Both the position numbers and the translations under genes were made by a program. Positions 1 to 13,900 of a stretch of 64,000 nt of DNA are shown piece by piece. The stretch is from Takakia lepidozioides (Eukaryota > Plantae > Bryophyta): contig CM060733.1 in the NCBI GenBank assembly GCA_030704615.1, positions 20,522,001 through 20,586,000 of the forward strand. The letters are read 5' to 3'. Position 1 is the first letter of the stretch. Each line of letters starts with the position of its first letter. Below the pieces are notes generated by a model. That model saw only the letters and a list, made by a program, of their open reading frames with translations. It searched no databases and was not told where the DNA came from.

Positions 1-3000
1 GTTGAATACATTCTCTGTGGAGTACCTTCCTGTTCCGCTGTGCTGCCATCGAATAGTATGTATACCAAGCAGGTTTAGGGCATTCACTGTTGGTGTGGGA
101 CTTGAGAAGTTCATTTGTCTTGGTATGCACTAAAAAGGTCCGGGCCACCCGTCATTGGAGACAAATGTGGAAACCTCAACCACAATCTTGCCTGACCCAT
201 TTGATTATCTGTTAACTTGGTTATACGCCATTTTTCTTGACAAGAGCTTGTTGTGACCCACCCTCTTCAGGCCTGAACTCTGTGTTGCACACTAAAAATG
301 ATGAGATCTAGAGCTCAAATTTGGAGCAACCTTTCTGTGATGGTTTCCCTCCTCTCTTTTCCCTCCCTCCTGTCCAACCTTTTCTGCTCTACTCAAGCCA
401 GGTACATGGCGACAAGGTGACGACATTGATGATTGGAACAGGACATTAGTTTGGGGATGTCAACTAACCAATTTCTATCTTGCTTTATCTGCTTTGTAGA
501 TAGATACCTTGATTATATAACTCATGCTGTTGGTATTCATTGGAGGCACACAAAAGCTTTGGGGGCTGATATGGGGAGGGGCATGAGGACTGACCACAAA
601 ATTTCGTTTGTCCTGGTGTTTGAGAAGGGGCACTTGGATGAGAACCATTGGCTTTCAGCTGACATCAGTTTGTCACAACTGAAATAATATGCGAAGCCTC
701 TAGCCTCGTATAAGCACCAGGAACTGAAGTTGTATAGAGAGAAGACTTGTTGTAAACCTTCCCAGAGAGCCCTGGGACTGCGGAAAACCGAGATAAAGTT
801 AGTTGGCAGTGAGCGAAGTTCTTAGAGCCTGGCCGCACCTGGCTGTTAGGTAGCGGGTGCTAGCTTGCGGCTCTGCGAAGAAATCAGGTGACAGCCACAC
901 CTAACTGCTAACAAATGCTGCACAAAAACAAACTCTGCCCAAAAGCTTTTGCCTGAGAAGCTCCTGTCGCTAGTGTGGGTTGCAGCGCAATTGAACCGCA
1001 AGAGCAGCAGTTCCAGAGCAACAAAGAGCAGGGGAAGAGGTGGTGTGAATGCGGGCCTGCAGCTGCCTGGTTTTAGTAGGTGACTAAGATTTAACAGCAG
1101 GGGTGAGGAGGTGTTAAATGTCAGAGGAATCCTTAGTGGCTGAGCGAATCCCGCTGAACAGCTGGGTCCATAACACGCAGATGTGGCCGTCACCTCGCAG
1201 TGAACGGCTGCTAACCTGTTTAGCAGGCTGCTTAGCATGCGGCCGGGGCCTAGGAATAACAAGTTGGGGCAGGCCAGACTTTCACTTATCTGCACGGTAA
1301 CTGCACCTCAAAAGCAAGATGGATGCTCTTGAATTTGTCATCAGCGTCCCCGTCCTTGTTCACATTAGGATGATACTGCACACACCAGTCTGCTACTGTT
1401 GTAAATCCAAATTCAGGCCCCTGAATGTAGAGATAGAGAAGAAGGCATCCCACTGAAATTGAGATTGTCATTAGTAGAGGGACATGCTGTTTATCCTTGT
1501 ACATTTGACCTAACATACACATAACATTGGACGCAAACCTGGCGATCAAGCTAGTGGAACCCAGTCTTGATGGCAGTGGCTGTAGCATGGCGGTGGAGAC
1601 CTAATACTATGTAGTGGTCCTCTCTGGTGCTCTCATCCTTTTTCCCTCCGTGCTTCATACCTAATTTAACCCTAACTGCCTTGGACTTTGACCAAGTAGC
1701 CAATTCCCAGGGGCGCTTGTGTGCTCCAAATTGAACACATTGTGCTACATATATTCCCCAGCCCTTCTGAGCTTAGGTAGCTGCATAAAAGAGATACACA
1801 CGATTCTGGTACGTATTGAAAAGAGCATTTAGACGACATATTTTTGTGAATATTAATGCAGCTGGCTCTGGTTACTTCTCCGACAAAAGCCAGCCAGAAT
1901 CCTTCTGTCTCCACTGGCATTTCGCACTCAATTCTAGGCCATAGAGCAGGTCTTTTTTCACTCAAGAATGAGCTAATCGGAGACAGATGAAGAACAGGAA
2001 AACTCTGAGAGGCTACCTGTGATTCTTGCAAAAACACATTCCACCTCCAAGTCCTTCAAGAATCCACTATTTTACTTGAAATGTCCATAATCTCGATCCC
2101 ATTTTGCTTTGAACTATTTCGTCATGTAAGAGACCTGGGCAAGCAACAGACATCTAGTAGTGGCTTCGTCCGGGAGTGTCACCGCCCAAAATATCACTTC
2201 ACATCTGTGACGGTGGGTGTAACATTGTACTGGCTTCAAGCTCACTTTTCTATCCCAGTATCACGGTTTTCACCAGCAAAACCCTTTCCCCACGTACACC
2301 CAGTTCCAAACACTACCAACCTTGATAACAACATCTTCATGACCTGCAACTGGTGTAAAGGAGAAAAATTTCACTGTACCTGTGGGTCCCTCGGAGTGCG
2401 ACCTCCGTTGAGTGATAAGGAGCTTACACTTTGGTTCTGCTATTTGAAAGGCAACACACTAAGGTATGGAGCTTAGATCTCCACGACAAGGAAGCGGTGG
2501 TGGGTTGTACCTAATGCCAATTGCATGGTCCGGAGTCCAGAGGTAGTAAGCCTGTGGTTCTATGGGGATAACAGTTAGAACTGCATGTAGTCCTCCGAAT
2601 TTTGTCTACAAGCGAGTCCACATTCGATCACGGCAAAAGGTCGGTAAACATGTACTAAAGAAGAACGAAAAAGAAACACGTTGTTGTGCCCTGACAAGAA
2701 CAAAACCACGTACCGGTTGTTATGCCATTGAAAGCGCCATTGGGTTCCCGCCTCCCCTTTTGTATAGTTGTGTATGTCAGGTCATCAAGGCCAATGGCAG
2801 CATCCCCACTCCAGGTGCAACATGATTTGGAGTCTCAAATCCCACAAGACCTAAAAGAGAAATGCAATTCCGACTCTTGCCGTTACGATCACCAGAAGGC
2901 CACACTGTGCTGCTCATAGAATTCTGGTTCCACGATAGCAGCACATTTAGGTGTAACGGCAGTTGATGCTCTTTCATACAGGGATCCATCTGGACGACTC

Positions 3001-3273
3001 AAATTTTGATGGGGGGAATGTATTGGCCAGTCGGCCCTCAAGAAAGCGGTAGTCAAATCCTAGCCAGATGGCAGTGCCACCGCAGTAGTCAGGGTGTGTC
3101 AGGGCCAATTTGCTGAAATGGCTTTGGGTGCTTAGGTCGAATTACATCATGCATATGTGGCTAAACAGCCATCACAGAAAGATTCTGAACTTGCTATTCC
3201 TAGAAGTTCCTGTGAGGAGGACGATGGTGGTGCGGACGAGACAATTCCAACCCTAGCGGTGAAGGAGTCTACC

Positions 3274-6106
3274 ATGAGAGTGCCCGCCATGTGGGCGGCC
3301 TCCCATTTCCTTCGACCCCTTCCACTTCCTCGGTATGTCGCTCTCTTACTGCCTCATCAGAAATCTTCCTCTACAAATCAAAGTATTGCAAAAGTGATAT
3401 GTAGAACAACGAGATTACTTTGACCAGGACGCCAAAACTCCTCTCTGTAGTGAGATGGGCAGCAATGATGTAGAATTCGAGAGGCTTTTTGCGGCTGCCC
3501 TTGGTATCATGTGGCAAGAGTCCAATGTGTGGTATGATTATGCAACATTTGGCGCTGCTCTGTTTGAGAACCCCCCTGCCTTTCACAGTCCCTGTGATTT
3601 GATTCAAAACGCTCGAAGGTGCACATAAATGCTGGAGAAATGATGTACATGACATGTGGAGCTGATGAATTATTCATAAGGTGAAGACAGGATTCCAAAT
3701 TGCTCAAAGTTACACATATATGCATACACGCTATTATATGGCGAGACCTAATGGACAAAGCATGACTTGAACCTTGAGCTTCGTCGTTTTGCTTGTGGTT
3801 GGGTGGGGTCTCCAAGCAGGGAGGTGCATCTATGGTGTCTATTCCCTGAGGACATACAGGACCCGGCTCTGTGGAAGTTCTATGAGGGACTATTGAGTCC
3901 CGATGAGAAGAAGCACGTGGCAGAGGGTAGAAATGTGAAGGTGCAAAATGAGCGGTTGCTGGCCCGGACCCTTGTGCGAACCACGCTGTGCAGATGTAAA
4001 CCCCTTGCTTTTTACTTTCAGAAGCAACGTAGTACACTTGGTCGCATCCTTGGGGAAAATTGATAACAGTTTTTTGACTCGGGGAGTATGGAAGGACATC
4101 CGAAATGTACAATTGAATGGGTAAATGGCTTTATCTGCAATGATTGCAGATACTGGTGGAGCGGTGGACCCTGCATCTCTTGAGTTTGCAAAGAACCAAT
4201 TTGGAAAACCTAAGGTAGGGCTACCTTTTGAGGATTTGCTTCTACAACTTGCTGATTTCTGACTACAGACTCGAACTTGAGGCAGTGAGAGAGACATACG
4301 ATTTCGGTTTTGTATATATTTGGAAATCAGTGCTGGTTTTCCTAGACAGTGCACTGCCAGACCTCTGGATCAGCACGAAGTCGACGCGCTCAGCTGGAGC
4401 TCAGCTCTGACCAATGGTGTGGCTGGGGTGGGCAGGTTATGTGGCCCACGCACACTGTGAGAGGGGAAACATGGAGACCCCCACAACTGTGTTTCAACTT
4501 GTCACACACTAACTCCTTGCTTACATGTGCTGTCACCCTCAACACCAGAGTACGTCCTCCCTTTTCTTTTTCTTTTTCAGTCTATGTAACTAGTTTCAAG
4601 CTAAACCTGTGTTCATCCTTGCCCCTCAGCCAGTGAGATCGCGATAGATAATATCCAGTTGAATTGCACATGCTGTAGAATTTAGGGTTAAGGGTTGTGG
4701 CCAATGCAGGTGGGTATTGACGTGGAGGAAAAAGAGCGGAGAATGTCGAGAGACTTGATGACTCTAGCTCGGCGTCGTCTCTCACCGGAGGAAGCTGATT
4801 GGTTGTCACAGTTCACAGACCCAATTGAACAACGATATCAATTCATGCAGCTGTGGACCCTTAAAGTTAGTCAATATCCTTGGACTTGGTTTCATTGTTA
4901 TGTTCACTTCCTTTGATAATGGAGGTTTGGGATGGTATCTTCAGTGTTGTCTGGTGCTGTTCCTTCAAGATTTTTCAGGGCTCACAATCTGTAACTTGTG
5001 CAGGAGGCATATGTGAAGGCCTTGGGGAAAGGCATCAGCAGAGCTCCATTGAAGGACTTTACATTTGGTTTGAGGCCGTCACCTCTTGTGCATGGAAATT
5101 TGGAAAAAAGTATCCTGATCCCTGCTCACGCACAGGTTGTACTCTGGCTCTTGACAATTGTCATATTCATGGCCATTAGATTTTTGTTACCTGCCTCACA
5201 TATCCATGGTAATGTCTACTTTCAAAACTTTGCAGAGACATGGTGATCTACTAAAAATGTTTTCCTGCACCGATATATTCTTTTGATGGTTTTGTACACA
5301 GCATAAAATGTGTGACAAATTCTGGATTGGCTGCAGGCATGTGCAATTACTTTGAAATTCTCAGAGACATCAGGGACATTGGATGAGCCCTTACTTCCTG
5401 CAAGTGCTTGGCAATTCTTGCTGTTTCAGCCATCTCCCTCTCATTTTGCTTCTGTCTGCAGTCAACGGCATCCAACTGGCTCATCTGGTTGGTTCTCTCA
5501 CTCTCTTGCACTGATTCACCAATGCTCTCTCATGATCTCACCCCTCGATAAAGTTGAGAGCCAAGATCTCAGGCTTTATAACTGACATAGTGAAGTTTGA
5601 ATAGGGTATCTTCCCTCCCCTCTTCGAAAATTGCACAGTAATTGCTTCCCTGACAACGTAGAAGCCTACTTGAAAGAGGTAGTCACAATCCTAGTCCTTG
5701 AGGAGCAACCAACTAATAATCCTAGTCCTTGAGGAGCAACCAACTGATGATCCTAGTTTGGACATTTATTTTTCCATGATCTCTTGGTGGTCTCTGTGAA
5801 CGCATTACTGGCTGTGGCCTGGAGGATGATTGATCGAGGGAATAGAATAAACTAATACTGCTTTATATTAGGTCGTGAATCTTCTAGATATCTTCTACTC
5901 TAATATTATAAATACGGACTATTTTAATATTTTCTATATTCACAGAAGTGGGGCAAATTGAGGAGAGTGTGGATGAGGACTTTCGAGTTGAAATTTGGCG
6001 AACTGTGCCTTTGATTTGCGATGGACCTCTCAAGGAGGGAGCACAGTCGCTTGGCTTATCTCCACCAACTCGGCTTTCGTCCTGCCTAGAGAAATTGTCA
6101 CTTTAA
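3274..6106 (+). CDS. Sfp/AASDHPPT-type 4'-phosphopantetheinyl transferase (plant mtPPT-like), 8 exons; true start may lie in an upstream exon
   Basis: GT-AG spliced exons ~3274-3332, 3820-3995, 4150-4214, 4436-4549, 4710-4865, 5004-5135, 5337-5487 and 5946-6106 join in frame. They give EVHLW, LLARTLVRTTLCRY, KNQFGKP, FNLSHT, VGIDVE, WTLKEAYVKALGKG and WRTVPL, all PPTase motifs. A possible acceptor AG at 3135 leaves the 5' end uncertain. Confidence 0.9.
5687..5757. repeat. 31-bp tandem repeat (~2.3 copies) in PPTase last intron
   Basis: aatcctagtccttgaggagcaaccaactaat repeated head-to-tail. Confidence 0.85.
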
Positions 6107-6487
6107 AGGTCATTATGGAGCGATTGCATCAGGGCTGGCTGCCGCCAAGAGTAATCTGAAATCAAGAAATAGCCTGAGGACGCGGCGCAGTCTTGTTTTC
6201 CTGCTGGTTGGAAGCACGAATGCACTGGCATTCAATGACAGTTGGCTGGCTGGCCAGGGTCTGGAGGACTGTGTCCTTTCATCAGTAGCTGCCTGAAGGT
6301 GGGTTTTGGAAGGTTGGAGGACAAAAGATGAGGGTTCAATATTCTTTTGTGCTCATGTTCACACGATACGCACCCTTTATGCAAGATCACCATGAACCAA
6401 AGTTCAATACCAACAGACGTGATATTCAAGTCCAGAGGCCAGCAGCAGCTAGTTATGCCCCTGTTACGTTGCAGTCATACCATGACT

Positions 6488-6828
6488 GGCCCCATTCATG
6501 CTTGCAGGTAACGTTTATCTGCAGACTTACCAAGCATGTAACTTACCTTTAAAGCTCAGAAATGTGTCTGGGTTGAAGATGAAGTTAAATGTGCACCTTA
6601 CTCTATTGAAAATAAAAATCAGTCCATGGTAGTTAAACCCATGCCCTTGAGCAAAGGGTTAAGATGCCCCTGGAATACGCAAAGGGAGGTAGAGGTGATG
6701 GTAGATTGACTTTGTCATTTCTCATATTTGATATCTTTGCACATAAGTGAACAGCCCATATGTAATTTACCTGCCACATCGGCCAGGTTGTTAAGTTACC
6801 CCTGCCTTACCTGCAAGTGTGAATGGCC
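6488..6828. mobile_element. Degenerate Tourist/PIF-Harbinger-like MITE
   Basis: ggccccattcatgcttgcaggtaa at 6488 is an imperfect inverted repeat of ttacctgcaagtgtgaatggcc ending at 6828. The TSD is not clean. Confidence 0.35.
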
Positions 6829-9800
6829 ATAACCAGTTTGGCTACTGCTCCACAAATTCATGCACATTTTCTGCCATATCTTTGCAAATTCTTAGATCTG
6901 TAGAAATGGACAGCTGAATTATGCTCCTACCCACATCCTCTATCATTTCATACATTTCCGCAGTATGGATTTGTATCCTTTTGTGGCTTCGACTTGGTAT
7001 TGAACCAATGCAGAGGTCCTAAAAACATCTCAAATTCTGTTAAGTGGCTGATCCAAATGACATGAGATGCACTTGCCTCATAATGTAGTCCTTAAAGTTT
7101 CAGAATTTTTAGGCAAGTACTTGGGACCCTCCTTTGTAGGGATACAAAATGAACGTACTCCATCCATGGGAACTCTTTAAGATTGGGGCTCGAATCAATG
7201 GCAAAGGCCCCCATACTCGGACAGCAGCACGATTTATTCTGACGCCACATGCTTTATGGCCTTCGCACGGCCATAACTGTCTCCCCTTTTGGCAAACGAA
7301 GATCGGGCAGGTGGCGTTGGAAAGCCCTCAATCTGGGCTACAACTTTCCCTTCTGCAGCTCTTCAATCGGTCCTACATCAAGAAACTTGTGGCTGTTTGA
7401 AAGAAGGGTGGTACGACTCTAGACTGATCAGTGACGCCAGGCTTGGGATGTGGTATATATACATATTCTGAGGATAGGATCGTCTCTACCTACTCTTGCT
7501 CGCTGTCACTAAGAACAACAAGTTTGGGGCTAACGCCGGACTTTCACTTAACTGCACTTATCCCGCTCCCAAAGACCTCCCATGCAGCTGCTCTGAACTA
7601 CGTCACTTGTGTAGAGCAGCAGCGAGTCAGGCTTTGTTGGCACATCCCAAGTGCTGCAACGAAATGTGATTCATGTCAGCTTGTAGACAAATCCAAAGCT
7701 GCACTACCCAGCTGTTTCAGACCTGATCTCACGGTGTGCATGCACAAAACTGCCCATCCACAGGCCCATTGACTGGCCAGGTGTGCGGAAGCGGACACAC
7801 AGGTGGATCATCAGGCCGCAGATCCACGTATGTATGAGGGTGGAGCTGACCGTAGCGGCTACCGCAATGGGTACTGCCGCGGTTGGCACAGACTAAACAG
7901 CGGCTGGGCGGACTGGGTGAAGAGTAGCCTAGCAAACATAGCCCAACGGTACTGCCCTGCAGGGAAAGCTCTGACAAGAGAGTAGGTAGCAAAATTTGGT
8001 CCATTTTATATTTTGCATGAGAGCCTGCAGAGCTGGTTGAGGCATTGAGGGATTGATTAACGCTGCACCTAATGATCAGTCCCAGTCAACCCTGGAACTA
8101 GAACTAGAACTGGAACTGGAACTCATTAGAGCAGCTGCCTCACCTCAGCTAAACACAGTACCCACCATGCAGTCATCCCCTCCTCCCTGAAAGCCAGGGA
8201 GTGGATGTTCCTCTATCAACGTTAACAACTTGCATATCATCTTGCAGTGAGAGGCTAACTAACTCTGGGAGCCCTCTTTCATGCTATTTTGGTGAAGCAT
8301 CATATGAAGCATGATGCCTGCATGTCTGCTGTGCTTCCGGCCAGCTTGTTGCTGTCTATTAGTGACGGCGCACCACACTGATCTATCATGTTAATCCTTA
8401 AGCACCAGTTAAGCGAAGAAACTTACTAAGACTTTGCTTGATGAAGGTAAGGTTGAAAGATGAAATGTAGCCCTGAATCTCAGCTTCCCAACGACCCCTT
8501 GCATTCTGCCAGCAGATGAGAAGAGGATTTGTTATGAATTTTACAAGTAATTCAGAGCAGTGCCCAGATCTGCACCAAACTGTCTTGGAGACCCCGCCAG
8601 GGCGGCCAATTCTAGGGTCTGCGCAACGTGACATCCACGCACTAGCTGATTCCACAAGGGTGCACGCATGTTCTGGCAAAACAGTCGAGCCCAACTTAGG
8701 GCAGATCTGACCACGGAATTGGCGGTTAAGTAAATGGATGTGTCTGGATGAACATCTGACATAGGGATCTCCATCCAAGAGATCCTTCCTCTTCAAGAAT
8801 AGTTTGTTCTAGGGAGAATAAATGCATTTAGATGAATGAGCAGCGAGAGATGCCATCCACGTTGGATGATATCGAATGGGTAGGGTGTACTTTATCCTCC
8901 ATAAAGATAGAAACCATCCCAAAATAGTGTGGCCTCAAATAAAAATAATAACAGAAAAAAGAATCATCAAACATTATAATAATTTAAGTTTTTCTTATAA
9001 ATTCTCACCATCAGAAATTCTGAAATTTCTATCACAAGACAGAATCCCAGATGTTTCCATTTAAAAAGAAAATGAAAGGAAAAGAAGAAAAAGACAGAAT
9101 GTTTCACTGGTGGGCCTATTTTACAGGTCAGTTTTTTGCCCTTTCTCTCTTTTTAGGGTTTAGCCTTTTAGGGTCTCAGTATGGGAGATATGTATTTTCT
9201 AGTGGGCACGGGTAGGTAGGTGTGCCGAATTGGGTCATTCAGTCTGGGCGCCTAACGGTGCTGAAATCATTTAAAAATGCAACATATAACACCAACAATT
9301 ATCTTCTACTTTTTTAAACAATAATTTGGAGTTTGTTTTTAAAAAATTGGAGTGAATTTCACATCTACATTCAATCAAATAATAATATTTAATTAGTTGA
9401 CCAGCTACGTAGCAGCTAGTTTCAGGTACGTGATGGTAATAATTACCCGAATTTTCGAGAGCCACGTCGTAACGATATTTACGTTCTACTACCCAAAAAT
9501 AACCCTTCTGCATAGGCGGGTAGGTCGGGCGGCGCGCGGGCAGCCAGCGTCCGCGGCAGGCAAGGATGGGCTTTGGATTATTTTATCCAGCGTCCACGGA
9601 CGGGAGGATGGTAAAACGAACGAATATCCGTAAGCTTACGGAATATTATAAGCATCTCGCCGCAGCAGCGCTAACATGATTTGTTATGATTTCAAGGAGG
9701 GGGGACCTCTCACGAGGAATTTCTGTGGGATGTATTTTGGCAACCATAATTGCGAAATTCTTGTGCTCCACTGCCAGCAGGTAGTTAGTACTGCGAGCTG

Positions 9801-10959
9801 TAACGTTAATGATGCGGGTATTATTAATGATGTTGGAGGCAATAAATGGAATTAGGCCATGCATGGGAGGACGGAAGGGAAAGGAAAGGGAAGGGGAGGG
9901 GGGGCGTGGCGTGCAAAGTAAAAGCGAGGGCGTGCATGTCGCAGGGACGGGCGTGGCGTTGATGGGGCGCGGTGGCCGCGCGGGACGTGATCGACCACGG
10001 CGGGGCGACCGCACAGTAGCGCAATAAAGAGCGCGGAGAGGGGGGAGCAGGCGGCAACTAACAAATTCACAAGAGCACTGCGGCCACCACCTTGGCAGCC
10101 CGCATGAATGCGCAGCGCGTCTCGTGTCAACCCACAAACAGCCACATTGCAGCTCGGCACTAGAGCTGATCGGGTAGTGGGAGTTAGGAGAGGTGCGAGG
10201 TGTGTAGGAGTGTTTAAGCGGGAGTGCAGAGGGGTCGGGTTTGGTGGTAGTGGTAACAGCATGGTGGCCAACAGCGACGTGGGAGCTAGATTGTGACTCG
10301 GGAGTTTCAGCTAGAAGGCACCGTTAGAAGTGTGGCCTCTCTCTCCCGATCAGTATTCAAAAGCGCTCTCAGCTGTATATGAGTCTGTGTTTAGTACTTG
10401 TGAGCAGTGCAGTGATCTCTTGCTCGCAGAGTTGGCCGAACTCGCGGAAGTCTGCATGAGAGCAGTGGCACGTAGCGCGGTTTGATTCCCAAGGCTGGGA
10501 GGACGGTCAATGGGGAACAAGGCCTCTGTTGCTGGGAGATAGTTCATCGCGTTCATCACTCTGCGAGCAAGTCGACACTGTTTTGATTTGAGACGATATT
10601 TAGGTGTGAAGCGGAGCATGCGACAGAGGTCTGGTTCTCGCGCAAACGAAAATATAACCTAGTGTCCAAGAGTCAACAATTGTGGCTACATTGGAAGTTT
10701 AGCGGAAACATTCGCCAGCCGGTTCCTCTCTCTATCGCCTGGTAATCTGAAATCAAGCGAGTCTCGTACTTTGTGGAAGTGCGCGATCAGCTGCACTGGT
10801 GAAAGGTTTTGATGTCCAACTGTTTTTTTCCACGACTCTTATAAGATTCAGGATCTGTGTTTAAATCGGTTTGGTATCTCAGGTATTTTCATACGATCAC
10901 TCCTCGCTGAGCAGTTCACACAAGGCTTTCAGAAGTCTAGCAAGTGTCCAATTCTCATA

Positions 10960-13900
10960 ATGGAAGCAATCTGCCGGACGACAGGATCTGCATTTTTAAA
11001 TGCACATGCTGGAGCTGCTGGTCTCCAAACGCAGTTGTCTCCGCAGGCAGCAGCATTGGACTGTGGTACTAAATGTGCGGTTGCAATTCAGCGTTTATCA
11101 CGCAGATCTAATTCGTTCTCGCCTCTGAGATTGGGGGATTCGAAAAGAAATGCTCGAGTTTGGAGCCTGGAAATTAGGAGTGAAATGGCAGGGACGGAAG
11201 AATCATCGTCTAGCAAAGCCGGCTCTGTTGATCGCAGGAGGAGGAGCTTGGAAGAGGCCGTCAATGGTGTCCACACCGCGTCAGTCAATGGCCTGGCTGT
11301 GGTTGCGGAGGCCGTGAAAGCGGAGTCGGTGAATGGAGCTTTCATGAAGGGATTGTCTTACAACGGAGCGTCTTGTAATGGTGTTTCAAGCAATGGAGCT
11401 GCCCATGGCGCTTCCACTGATGGAACCTGTGTAAACGGAGTTGCCTTCCCTGCTCTCTCTATCAATGGTGTTGCGACCAACGGAGTTGCTAATAACGCTG
11501 GTCCTGTCAAAGGTGTTGCCACCAATGGAGCCGCTGTTAACGGTTTTCCTGTCAACGGTGTCGCTTCCCATGGAGGTACTGTGAATGGAGTGGCGAAAAG
11601 TTTTGCCGGGAATGCCACTCGGATACCTGACTCCCAGAGACCTATACTGATGCCCTCCAACATTCCATCAGTTGACAAACCTCAAAAACTGACTCCTAAG
11701 ACTACCATCAGCAATGGAAAAATATCCATGCCTGCCACCACTCAAGATCCAGCACAGGCCGAATTTCATAAGAGCAAGAAATCAGTAGGGACCGGTTCAG
11801 GAGCAAATATCGAAACTGGTGGTCTTGGCATTTTGAAGTTTCTGAAGGGGAAGCATATACTTGTGACTGGTGCAACAGGCTTTCTGGCTAAAGGTGGTTC
11901 CATACAACATCATTATCTGTCACAAGAATTATGCGTGGCTTGCAGCATGGTGAATTGGTGAGGATCTGTTGTGATGTAACACGGCACATGTGGAAGTACT
12001 GTCACATGCAGGTTATGTTTCAACTGCGAGCTGATACATGTGACTTTCATCAATGTTAGTAGATCTGACATGTGAACTCGTGCTTTTATGTCGGGCTATG
12101 CAGTGCTGGTGGAAAAGATACTAAGAGTTCAACCAGATGTTGCTCAGCTGTACCTCATCATCCAGCCCCAGATTGGTGTAACAGCTGAACAGAGACTTCA
12201 GACCAAAGTACAAGTCATCTCCATGATACTCTTCCTGTCAAATGTTTTGGAATTTGCTATGTGCCACCTTGTGAATTGATCGTGGGATTGTGCTTCACTG
12301 TGGAGCTGAAAATGTGCTCTTTGCTGATTGCTGGATGTCTCTGCTTTGGCATACGTCAATAGCAAAACCCTGCGCTGTACTGGCCAATGTTACATCTATG
12401 GGACAATGACCGTGTTCCAATGCTGTGCAAGGAGATTGTCAATTAGATGTTGTGTATCTAGTGACTTATAACCATTGGCTTGTCATTAGGTTATTGGTTC
12501 CGAACTGTTCAAGGTGCTGCGATCTAAATATGGGGATGAATATGAGGAGTTCATGAACAAAAAGCTCACTGCCGTGGGTGGCACCATCTCAAGCGACGGC
12601 CTCGGGCTCGACTCAAATTTGGCGGAGGAACTTGCAAGCAAAGTGGATGTGATTGTGAACTCGGCCGCAACAACAGCTTTTGATGAAAGGCATGACTCCT
12701 GGTCCTTTTAAGTAGCTCCTGTTTCACCTCTCGACATATCGTAAGGTTATTAGAAGCTTGTCGTATTCTCTACGGGGCTCCTTCACTTACTAGGCTAAGA
12801 GTTGCTAGCTGGTAGAGCAAAGAAGTGGTCGAGGTACTCATTAATTTGCAATGTATCCCGTTGGCATGGACACACAGGTATGATGTTGCATTAAACATCA
12901 ACACGCAGGGCCCTCGGAGATTACTTGATTTTTCCAAGCGATGCCCCAACCTACAGCTTATGGTACATGTATCAACTGGTAAGTTTTCTAACCACCTACT
13001 CAAATGAGGAGGTGTGAGACACTATCAAGTAACCTTCTCTAGCTCTATAATTAGCAGACTAACATAGCTGTCGCTGACATAAAACCTGTCGTTTGCAAGG
13101 CAAAGCAAACATACTTCTGCGAGTCCTCTATGCTTAACCAGAAAGCCGCGCAGTGGTTATACATCTCTAACTTGGAATCGAGTAATTTTTGTCCGGATCT
13201 ACCTGTATGGCATTCAGCTTGGGAGGTGAAAGTTGCTTAAAATTTGATCTCCGTTCTCCTGCAGCTTTTGTGAACGGACAAAGGCAGGGACACACACCAG
13301 AAAAGCCCTTCAGAATGGGAGACAGCATTGCCAAGGAGATGAAGCGAGCTGTTCCAGAGCTCGATGTAGCAACAGAGCTTGCTTTGGCAGAAGAAGCACT
13401 CCGACAAGTAGAGGCTGAGGTCGATTCCTCTGCAAGCGTTGACCATTTAAAGAAACAGATTGTAGACAAAAAGATGATGGATCTGGGCTTGGAACGGTGA
13501 GCTCTGTTCTACTCCATCAACATGCTACCGGAGTGCCAGTGATATCTTAAACTGCTTTAGAAGAGGTTGCACAGTGTCAATGTGTGTAGATGGGAAGGGG
13601 TGGGAATTTATCTCATTCAGTATCGGAAAGGATAATCAACTTGACATGAATACGTGCGTAGTTAACATCGTTCGGTGCTTTCACATGGTTTGCAAGCAGG
13701 GCACAATTGTTTGGCTGGCAAGACACATATGTGTTCACAAAAGCCATGGGAGAAATGCTGTTGGATAAGCAGCGTGCTCACGTCCCAGTTGTTGTGTTGC
13801 GGCCGAGTGTCGTTGAGAGTACGTTTGAAGAACCATTCTCGGGTTGGATGGAAGGTATCAGGTAAGCAAACAAGCACTCTGTGCATTCTCTCGTGAAAAA

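Noticed and set aside
2990-3030. ctcaaattttgatggggggaatgt resembling a Gypsy PPT/LTR start just upstream of the PPTase
   Set aside because: No second LTR or recognisable pol frame in 1-3000. The region may hold decayed TE remnants, but I cannot assign them.
7149-8796. Short ORFs between PPTase and FAR
   Set aside because: No motif similarity or consistent splice chain that I can support.
9646-10619. Several ORFs upstream of FAR
   Set aside because: GC-rich promoter or leader sequence with no recognisable protein motifs.
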